Source of the DNA: Octopus sinensis
Lineage: Eukaryota
DNA: 17,839 bases
Assembly (NCBI RefSeq): GCF_006345805.1
Contig: NW_021824734.1
Span: 1 to 17,839, forward strand
Reading direction: 5' to 3'
Positions 1 to 8,670 of this stretch are shown piece after piece (positions within the stretch are counted from its first letter, which is position 1; the number at the start of each line of letters is the position of its first letter). Position numbers and translations under genes: made by a program. The notes below the pieces were generated by a model. That model was given only the letters and a program-made list of their open reading frames with translations, had not been told where the DNA came from and made no database searches.

Positions 1-190
1 TTTAATGCATCGCTAGACGCGCGTTTCCACAAATCATATGTCTCTTAAGATCACAATCCCATTCCTGGATGATTGCTGTGTAGTCCGTAGTATCCATGGG
101 CATCGGGTAGATCACCTTCATGGATTCATTTCTTCAGGTAATATAACATTAATGGATGTTTACCAGATGGATATTTATCCCACACCTCTG

Positions 191-257
191 ATATATAATA
201 TATATAATATATATATTATATTATATATATATATATATATTATATATATATATATAT
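191..257. repeat. Imperfect (TA)n microsatellite
   Basis: Directly visible. Confidence 0.95.
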
Positions 258-401
258 ACTTATTATGTTTATTATATTATTCACTCTATTGACAGATATG
301 CAAGTACATTTTTCCCTGACTTATGGTTTCTTAGATAACTCACGTACGTATATATATATACTGAATTCCTTTTAGTCTTACATCGTAAGCAGAATGTTTC
401 C

Positions 402-432
402 CTGAAGAGGTTGAAAAAGACCGAAATATGTT
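402..432 (+). ncRNA. Minimal hammerhead-like core
   Basis: CTGAAGA-GGT(T)-loop-(G)ACC-GAAA-TATGT. The core and stem II are canonical, but no stem I is found. Confidence 0.3.
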
Positions 433-708
433 TTTTAGTTGGCTTTAAATATCAGATCCATTCCCAGTTGCATCGCCTTAATTTCCTAAAAATTTAGATA
501 AGCTAAAAATTTAGGTTACTTGCTTTCTGATATTAAATATATCTAAGGGGAAGTTTTGTTTATTAATTGCGTGGAAAATCTCAATTAGTTGAACTTTTTC
601 AATTCATTTATGGATGTGTGTATATCTATACATATAAGTGTGTCTGTATATGTGTACATGTACAGATATGTATGTATGTATCATTTCATATACACCACAT
701 GTATTGCA

Positions 709-713
<5 letters not shown>

Positions 714-739
<26 letters not shown>

Positions 740-797
740 ATACTTTATTTGTTCCACGTCCTTGCGTTGTTGTCTTTTTGTTTTCTTGTTGGATTAA

Positions 798-842
<45 letters not shown>

Positions 843-887
843 GATATATATATATATATATGCATACATATATATATATATATATAA
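714..887. repeat. Two (TA)n microsatellites (714-739, 800-887)
   Basis: Directly visible. Confidence 0.95.
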
Positions 888-1865
888 TATATCTTAACTT
901 CAACTGAATATTTAGTTCAGACAGAGTAAATCTAACGGAAATACATTAACTTTCTAAAATGGTAAAACATTTTAGAAATTCAATTTTGCTTGAATAAACA
1001 AGAAACCATAAGTACCGAGAATTAAACAGAATTTGGTTGATACTTATATATGATGTTCGTAAAATAATTTTGAAAATGCCATCGTGTATCTCCACATCAT
1101 TTAAGAAACAAACATCATATAAATGTAACCAAACATATTTTTGCTTGTTTCTCCTAACTTCTTGCTCATTCAAGCAAAATTTAATATTTTACCATTTGAC
1201 ATCCAAGTTTAATGTGCTTCATTCCGATTTAAGCAGCTTGAAGTAAAATCTTAATTCCCCAATGAAAAATCACTTTGAAATATATGCAGCTCTTTATGGA
1301 TAAGATGGAAAAGTTATCGTACTTTTCATATTGATTTGAAAGTTTGGCACAAGGCTAGAAATTATATCGTATTTTTCATATTAAAAAAAATCGAGCGAAA
1401 CCAAAATTTATGCTGAAGTGAAACCATGCAAACCATGTACCATGTAAACCAAGGAACAACTGTATGCGGGCGCGCATGCACAGACATACATGCGCAGACA
1501 CACATGCATGCACGTACACACACACACACACACACACACACAATAAATAAATGAATAAATGCAGGATTTAGACTTTGTGGGTCCAAAAAGTTACGCCGGA
1601 AGACCTCACAAAAATTGAAAACGTTTACCTTTTAATTACTGTGAAGACCTTGAGAATAGTGAAGACCTCAGCTGTAGCTTGTTTGTCTCCTGTCTGATTC
1701 CGGTACCACACAGCCAACAATGCGCATATTTCTGTGCGTATATTCATGAGATACAAGACAATCACGGTGACAGGCAAATATCACTGAAGTTCTTAAGGTT
1801 CTTCTGATTCCAGTAACATGGTGGAAACCATTTTTGTATAGCTGAGACTTGAACTGATTCTTGTA

Positions 1866-2270
1866 TATTTTATTTTATTTTATTTATTTATTTAAAAAAA
1901 AATTTTATCTAGTTTCAGCTCATGAGCTGTGGCCATGCTGGGGCATCGCCATTTGGTGTTGCTACATGATTTTACTTCACGAATGCTTTTTAGCAACTGC
2001 CATTTGGTGCATGAGAGTTCGATGCAGCTGCCCTCATCTGCACCTCCTGCCGTGAAGTTGGTTCATCTGGGACACCTGACAAGAAGAGATCCAGTTTCAT
2101 TTTAAAGACATCTGCATCCACCCCATGCAGGTCTCTTAGGTTCTTCGGGAGGATATTGAAGAGCTGTGGGCCTCGGAAGCCCAGGCTATCACAATATCTT
2201 GTCCTACATCTTGATGACAAATTTGGAGTCCTTGGCACCACGCAGTGGCGCCCTGTTCTGGCATTTGTGT
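1866..2270 (-). mobile_element. 3' fragment of a CR1/L2-group non-LTR retrotransposon (RT C-terminus, 3' UTR, A-rich tail)
   Basis: Minus strand reads SYTNARTGRHCVVPRTPNLSSRCRTRYCDSLGFRGPQLFNILPKNLRDLHGVDADVFKMKLDLFLSGVPDEPTSRQEVQMRAAASNS. This matches the GP.LFN.LP..R......FK..LD.(F/Y)L..VPD.P...R.A.SNS end of CR1-group ORF2. A short 3' UTR with palindrome CAGCTCATGAGCTG (1916-1929) and a (TAAAA)n-like tail follow. Confidence 0.85.
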
Positions 2271-2979
2271 AACTCTCTTATATAACCCCTTATATAACAA
2301 TAGTAGGGTGTTGAATATGTTACTGCTATCAGAGTCAAGTTTTAAAAGGTAGAACCCGTTGTAGTTTGGTCTTCATTTTTAGTTTTAGTTTTTCCCAGCT
2401 ACTATAGTTTGTAGCTGGTATTTCTTTCTTTTTATCCTTTTTTTCTTTCTTGCTCTATCTGTGAAAAATGAAACATTGACGTGAAAGTCGATGAATCAAT
2501 ACTTTTGAAGAAAAATAAGTTAGGTTTTATTTCACCCGAATTACACAAACAATCCCGTGTCCCTCTCGCCGTTTTATATGTAGTGAATCAGTGATTGGTC
2601 TCCTAGAAACTTGTAACCAACGACACAGTTATTCACATATGCATTATATCGAACCCAAAATACGATAAGAAGTAAAGTTGGTTTCGGATGGATTTGAACT
2701 CAGAACAAATATCGCAAGACGAAGGAAAAAAAGAGAGCCACTTACTGTAATGTGTTTTCTTTTTGCAGGACACTATTGTCCAAGGTTCCCGTGGTCTTTT
2801 CCGTAGGCTTTTCTATCCACGGACAAACCTAATCTGTTTTCCCCTTTTACATTGACATTTCTGTGATACACGAGCTGTTTTGATCGACCCCACTTCCTTT
2901 TTTACCGATCCCTTTTGATCGGAATTCGCCACCCCCACCTTTTTTTCTTCTTTTCCCCCTTCTTTTCTTCCCCTACTTT

Positions 2980-3027
2980 GTATTTTGTCCCTTCTGTGTT
3001 TAGCCCTGCGTGGCCAATAAAGAAATA
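2980..3027 (+). mobile_element. Isolated SINE tail remnant (third family)
   Basis: ttgtcccttctgtgtttagccc...aataaagaaata resembles the reverse complement of the 17397-17445 and 17581-17630 tails. Confidence 0.45.
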
Positions 3028-3210
3028 TATCTTTGATTGTTTTGTGTACCAATTCCCTGTCTTAAAACAATTTATAACACAAAACAAAATAGTTAAAAGT
3101 TTACTCTCTTGCTTAACATTACATTTACGAGGAAGAGTGTCTGAGAAGAAACAGCAGAGAGTTGGGTCAAATATTTCATTACGCTTCATATTGTCCCTCT
3201 GTTTAGTGAA

Positions 3211-3345
3211 TGTTCGTGGTCCAGTGGTTAGGATGTTGCCCTATCGATCGTAGTTTTGATTCTCGGACCAAGCGATGCATTGTGTTCTTGAGTAATACAC
3301 ATTATCAACACGCTGCTCTTGTCCACTCAGTTTTAAATGAATTCC
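3211..3345 (+). mobile_element. Old tRNA-derived SINE head remnant
   Basis: A-box-like TGGTCCAGTGG (3217-3227), B-box-like GTTTTGATTC (3253-3262), then TTGTGTTCTTGAG...CACTCAG core-like sequence. Confidence 0.5.
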
Positions 3346-3424
3346 AGCAACCGCTCGGAAGTTATATATATATATATTGCTGTATTTTGGGACGGTCATT
3401 TTTTTGCCAAATATGCATATGCAC

Positions 3425-3480
<56 letters not shown>
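3425..3480. repeat. (TA)n microsatellite
   Basis: Directly visible. Confidence 0.95.
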
Positions 3481-3482
<2 letters not shown>

Positions 3483-3613
3483 TTCACTCGTTTATTACTG
3501 TTCTCGTTTTATTATATTAACTCATGTCCATTATCCGGAAATCTTTCGTCACACATCTGTGACCTCTTCAGCGACACTTTTCGTTTTCGTGTGTGTTATT
3601 GTCCCACTTGCTC

Positions 3614-3752
3614 CATATACATACATGCATGCATGCATACATACATACATACATACATACATTACATACATACATTATATACATACATACATACATGCAA
3701 GCATACATACATGCATACATACATACATACATACATACATACATTACATACA

Positions 3753-3783
<31 letters not shown>

Positions 3784-3968
3784 CATTACATACATACATA
3801 CATACATACATAATACATACATACATACATACATACTTACATACATACATACATACATTACATACATTACATACATACATTATATACATACATACATACA
3901 TACATACATACATTACATACATTACATACATACATACATTACATACATACATACATCCATACATCCAT

Positions 3969-3999
<31 letters not shown>
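3614..3999. repeat. Long (TACA)n array with TTACA variants, ending (CA)n(TA)n
   Basis: Directly visible; source of the HTYI/MYVC ORF artefacts. Confidence 0.97.
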
Positions 4000-4093
4000 A
4001 ATGGCCATCCCGAACAACATACGATTTCACATCAGGAATCTTGCAAAACGAATTGATAAACGTATATATATATGTATATATATATATATACAC

Positions 4094-4383
4094 ACAAAAT
4101 TTAGAGGACTGACCACTAAAAATGGACAGCCTGTATGCTAGATATAGACGTCAAAATCGCCATTTTCCACGAAGAATGTGTTCTCAAGAAAAAAATTCAA
4201 CAAAAAAACAAAGTGTAAAAATAAGCAAGACAATTTATTTTCATTTATCTTGCTTATTTTTGCACTTTGATTTTTTGCTGAATTTTTTCTTGAAAACACA
4301 TTCTTCGTGGAAAATGGCGATTTTGACGTCTATATCTAGCATACAGGCTGTCCATTTTTAGTGGTCAGTCCTCTAAATGTTGT
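4094..4383. mobile_element. Near-perfect 290-bp palindrome (foldback/MITE-like element)
   Basis: The left arm acaaaatttagaggactgaccactaaaaatggacagcctgtatgctagatatagacgtcaaaatcgccattttccacgaagaatgtg... is matched by its reverse complement ending at 4383. Arms are about 140 bp with few mismatches around a loop near 4238. Confidence 0.8.
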
Positions 4384-4502
4384 ATGTAAAAAATTTTTTA
4401 ATCTTCGGATTTTTAAAAATATGATAGGCCACTGGTTTTAATTGATTAATATCAATTTCTACCCTTATTTAATTATATATATATATATATATGTATAAAC
4501 GC

Positions 4503-4832
4503 ACAAGAGTTAAAGAATGGAGTAGATAAGATCGGGGCTATATATGTTTCGTAGCGAGCGGAACACCTCACATGTGGTAAAAATCCAAGCGAGGTGTATA
4601 CCACAGGCCATTCTTTCGGCCAAGGATATCTTGATTAAATGAAAGTTTACATTGTCGCAAGGAGGTACATGTTAACACATGGAAGATTAATAAGAATTTA
4701 ATCAAGATATCCTTAGCCTGAAGAGTAGCCTACGGTATACAGCACGCTTGAATATTTACCACTTCCAAGGTTCCGCTTGCTATAAAAACATATGCAGTCC
4801 AGACCTTATCTAATCCGTTCCTTAATTCTTGT
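4503..4832. mobile_element. Older imperfect foldback/MITE-like element
   Basis: 4503-4639 and 4696-4832 are diverged inverted repeats. Examples are aaggatatcttgattaaat / atttaatcaagatatcctt, gtatacc / ggtatac and tagataag / cttatcta. TTAA lies near both ends (4510-4513, 4822-4825). Confidence 0.65.
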
Positions 4833-5034
4833 ATTCTTATTCGGATACCTAGCAACCCTGGTCGAATACCGTGAAATATAAAATGAACTTTTTCAGTTTA
4901 TTGTACTTTGATACGAAAAAAAAAATTCCACAACCTTCCGTCTCAATAAACCACTATTGTCCCTGAAAGTTGTTTTCTATATTTACTACGGATTGCTTGA
5001 AGTTAACTTTCTTCCTACACCTCGATGTCTGGAT

Positions 5035-5037
<3 letters not shown>

Positions 5038-5105
<68 letters not shown>

Positions 5106-5150
5106 TTGTGCATGTATGTATGTATATATTTGTGCATGTATGTGTGTGTA
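5038..5150. repeat. (TA)n plus TATG/TG microsatellite
   Basis: Directly visible. Confidence 0.95.
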
Positions 5151-5239
5151 TATACATTTTTTTGTTCCTCTTCAGCCTTTTTATGTCCTTTAATGAAAGT
5201 CTTGTATGTTATGTTCAATGTTGTATCTTTAGATTTTTA

Positions 5240-5485
5240 TTGGGTTTGTGCATAATTATTGCGGCTTTTTACCAATTTTATTCAACAAAAACAATAACAA
5301 TATTTAACAAAAACATCTTTAAACGACGCTCTGGCCGTCTGCCAAGCAAATGGGAAGCAGTAATTGAAGTAGATGGTGAATATGCTCCAGAATAATCATT
5401 TAAAGATGTTTTTGTTACATGTTGTTATTGTTTTTGTTGGATAAAATTTGTTGAAAAAAAACGCAATAATTATGCACCAACCCAA
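5240..5485 (+). mobile_element. Mariner-derived MITE with TA target-site duplication
   Basis: TA (5238-5239) TTGGGTTTGTGCATAATTATTGCG ... CGCAATAATTATGCACCAACCCAA TA (5486-5487). The termini resemble Hsmar1-type TTAGGTTGGTGCA. Inverted arms are about 85 bp. The interior 5324-5395 encodes RRSGRLPSKWEAVIEVDGEYAPE*, like a mariner transposase C-terminus (LPxRWxxxxxxxGxY). Confidence 0.88.
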
Positions 5486-6658
5486 TATTTCTCACAGACA
5501 GTGCGTATTTGATTTGTTGCAAATTCTAGATTCCTATGGGAAACCCAATCATAGCTATAGAGGAATAACTTTTATAACAATAAATGCAAAAGTTCTAACT
5601 CTGTACTGCTTAGCCGCATACATCCAGAATTCGAAAAGGTATTGAGAAAATAATCAAAATGGCTTTCGAAGAGGACGATGAACTACCGGTCAAAGCTTAA
5701 CTGTTCGCAGAATTCCTGAAGGTGTGAAAACTAGTTTAAATGATGTTCTATTATTCGTTGATTTCTCTAAAGCCTTCATTTCGATTCATGGAAGTAAAAT
5801 GGAAGAAATACTGCTAGCTTACGTATAGCAGATGAAACAATAAAAGTCATTATGAAGCCCTACAAAAACACATATTCTATAGTACGATCACCAAATGGTG
5901 ATACAAATTTGTCTGGAATTATTGCATACAATTATTGCATACAAAGTGACACTTTAGCATCCTATATCTTCATCATTTGCTTGGAGTACGTTCTTAGAAC
6001 TTCTCTCAACACCATTAAAGACAATGGCTTCACACTATATTCATAAAGGGATTATAAATATCCTGCTACAAAAATCACAAATGCAGATTATGTTGCTGAT
6101 TTAGTGCTTCTCTCCGATCTAATAACCTTTCTCCATAACTCTTGAACATTCAGCAAAAAGTATCGGTCTCCATGTTAACTCAGGCAAAACAGAATACATA
6201 TGCTTAAATCAAAATGGAGCAATCAAAACAGTATCTGACACATCTTTCAACTGTGTAGAAAAATTTACTTACCTAAGTAGTAAAATTTCTAGCTACGAAT
6301 AATAGAGCATCATTTAAATTTTTAGTTTTCACGCCTTCAGGAATTCTGCGAACGGTTAAGATTTGACACTGTTGTTCATCGTCCTCTTCGAAAGCCATTT
6401 TGATTTTTTTCTCTCAATACCTTTTCGAATTCTGGATGTATGCGGCTAAGCAGTACAGAGTTAGAACTTTTGCAGTTATTGTTATAAAAGTTATTCCTCT
6501 ATAGCTATGATTGGGTTTCCCATAGGAATCCAGAATTCGCAACAGATACGCAGCGTCTGTGAGAAATATTAGGTTGGTGCATAATTATTGCAGCTTTTAT
6601 TCAACAAATTTTATTTAACAAAAACAATAACAACATGTAACAAAAACATCTTTAAATG
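5397..6658. repeat. Inverted duplication: arm 1 5397-5760, arm 2 6295-6658 (about 364 bp each)
   Basis: 6295-6658 is the reverse complement of 5397-5760, spanning the MITE right arm, about 45 bp of flank and the first part of the RTE fragment. Scattered substitutions and small indels distinguish the arms. Confidence 0.95.
5530..6294 (+). mobile_element. Decayed RTE-clade LINE reverse transcriptase fragment
   Basis: Interrupted frames give SYRGITF, QNGFRRGR*TTGQSLTVRRIPEGV, LLFVDFSKAFISIHGSKMEEILLAY, VRSPNGDT, QSDTLASYIFIICLEYVLRTS, ITNADYVADLVLLSD, GLHVNSGKTEYICLN and VEKFTYLSSKI. These are RT domain motifs in RTE-like order, with stops and frameshifts. Confidence 0.92.
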
Positions 6659-6673
6659 TTATACATACATACA

Positions 6674-6704
<31 letters not shown>

Positions 6705-6857
6705 GACAGGCTTTTTTCAGTTTCCATCTACCAAATCCACTTACAAGGCTTTGGTTGGCTCGAGGCTATAGAAGAAGGCACTTGCCCAAGGTGCCACGCA
6801 GTGGGACTGAACCCAGAACTATGGGGTTGGGAAGCAAGCTTCTTACCACACTGCCAC
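6705..6857 (-). mobile_element. 5' half of an OR-like SINE, followed (on -) by (TATG)n
   Basis: Reverse complement matches 13566-13720 (GGTTCAGTCCCACTGCGTGGCACCTTGGGCAAGTG...AAGCCTTGTAAGTGGATTTGG...GAAACTGAAA). Confidence 0.85.
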
Positions 6858-7078
6858 GATGTTGATTATATTAACAGTTGACGGTTTACTCTGAGTTTCT
6901 TCCTAGATTGAGAGTAGAATTTCGACTTTTTGATAATAAACACGCGCGCGCGCATACCTAATACAGAAACCCATAACTGTGTCTGTGTGTGTGTGCGCGC
7001 GCGTGATTGTGCTTATATCTGTATTTGTGTAGGGGTATATTTAAGTTGTATTCTTTCTCTTATGTCTGCCTATGTATA

Positions 7079-7478
7079 TCTTTATATATAAAAGTGAAGT
7101 TGTGTGGTGTCTGTCTCCTACGATTTAGATTCCTAACTACTCCCACATTTTGCGGTGCAGTGTAGCCAAAACCGGGTATCTTATAGTCGTGATTCATATC
7201 GAGCCCTTCTGGGTATTAGCGCACGTCTACGATGAGTCTGCGATTTTAAAAAGATTTACCATCATTTTTTTCCATTTTAATGCATTTTTTCGCTATTATA
7301 TAAGGGAAATAACTCTCTAAAAATGTCTACGATGAGTCAACGATTTAAAAAAAAATTTACCATCATTTTTTTTCCATTTTTAATGCATTTTTTTGCTATT
7401 TTTTGGCTATAACTCTCTAAAAATGCTTATATAGTTATTTCCCTTACAAACCCGAGCAACGCCGGGCGATACTGCTAG
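7079..7478 (+). mobile_element. Non-autonomous Helitron (400 bp)
   Basis: Starts TCTTTATATATAAAA after host A (7078). Ends with a GC hairpin CCCGAGCAACGCCGGG (7451-7466) followed by CTAG (7475-7478) and host T, which is the A|TC...hairpin-CTAG|T signature with no TSD. Internal tandem duplication with 100-bp period (7225-7324, 7325-7425). Confidence 0.85.
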
Positions 7479-7587
7479 TTTAAGATAAAAGAAAACACAG
7501 TGAATGTATTTTGACTGTTGCTATTAAAAATAAAAGATCAGTTATCTAATGTTATCATATCACCATTCTCTCTGTTTATCTTTGCAG

Positions 7588-7836
7588 ATTACTTCAATAC
7601 GTTTTGTATTGGTGTTCCCTGTTCTGGAAGCTTATAATCTGAAAATTTTTTACTCGTTACGTATTCGCCCTCTCTTCAAGTTTTACCCTGCTTTGAATCA
7701 AATTGGATAAAACTCAGCAAAAATGTACGAGCCTCTAAGACATTGACTCACTTCGAAATTCTTTGGAACAGACTTCTCATCTAGAAGCTAACTCCATTCC
7801 GAATATTGTACAACCGTGCTACAGAAATGTCACAAA
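7588..7836 (+). other. Candidate upstream 5' UTR exon
   Basis: Strong acceptor ccattctctctgtttatctttgcag (AG 7586-7587) with branch-like CTAAT at 7546-7550. Possible donor CAAA|GTATGG at 7837 (alternative GAA|GTAACC at 7900). Splice signals are the only evidence. Confidence 0.35.
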
Positions 7837-8028
7837 GTATGGTTTCCATATACGTTCTGATAATGAGAAGGGGAACACGACAAACTCTTGAGACGATGAA
7901 GTAACCACAATTACTTCTTGGGCGATTTTTATTTTTTTATTTCAGTTTCAGAAGGGAAAGAAAAACAATAAATAAAAAGTTGGTGGGGGTAAAATAAAAT
8001 AAAGAGGCAAATATTTCTTTTCCATTAG

Positions 8029-8080
8029 TTGGTAATGAATTCAAGTGTAACTGTTGAAGATATATTGTACAAAGACAACC
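8029..8080 (+). other. 5' UTR part of the first coding exon
   Basis: Acceptor atatttcttttccattag (AG 8027-8028) 52 nt upstream of the ATG, with in-frame stops between them. This implies further non-coding exon(s) upstream. Confidence 0.6.
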
Positions 8081-8202
8081 ATGAAGGGCGAAGGGAATCC
8101 GGGGGCTATCTATACGGAACTTACCGATGATGAACGGGAGAAGATCCTTGAAGTGATACAACGAGATTTCGCACTTCGGGAAAATGAAAAGAAACGGCTC
8201 AA
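8081..8202 (+). CDS. MYRIP: Slac2-type Rab effector (MyRIP/melanophilin-like), first coding exon: SHD1 Rab-binding helix
   Basis: ATG at 8081 (context acaaccATGa) with in-frame upstream stops TAA 8033-8035 and 8048-8050. Translates [40 protein letters not shown], matching the LTD(D/E)E...(V/L)(L/I)(E/Q)V(V/I)QRDFxLR..E..RL pattern of MyRIP/melanophilin. Ends in phase 2 at CAA|GTAAGG (GT 8203). MYRIP is a family-level label; orthology versus MLPH is unresolved. Confidence 0.92.
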
Positions 8203-8276
8203 GTAAGGATCCTATCTACTCTTCCATGCTACTCAAACCCTAACTCTCTCTGCTCGTGTATTCTCTCTCTCTTACC

Positions 8277-8670
<394 letters not shown>

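Noticed and set aside
946-1250. Minus-strand peptide faintly like Penelope RT (NIKF, WLHLYDVCFL)
   Set aside because: Motifs are too short and wrongly spaced to support a call by eye; TBLASTX or HMM search is needed.
1599-1668. Three GAAGACCT octamers within 70 bp
   Set aside because: Irregular spacing, unrelated spacers too short for CRISPR, no known function; likely local slippage.
2813-3253. ORFs of 79-112 aa on both strands
   Set aside because: Driven by purine/pyrimidine tracts and SINE remnants; no domain.
3337-4112. Long overlapping ORFs of 100-170 aa (HTYI/MYVC repeats)
   Set aside because: Translations of (TACA)n, which has no stop codon; no domain or splice context.
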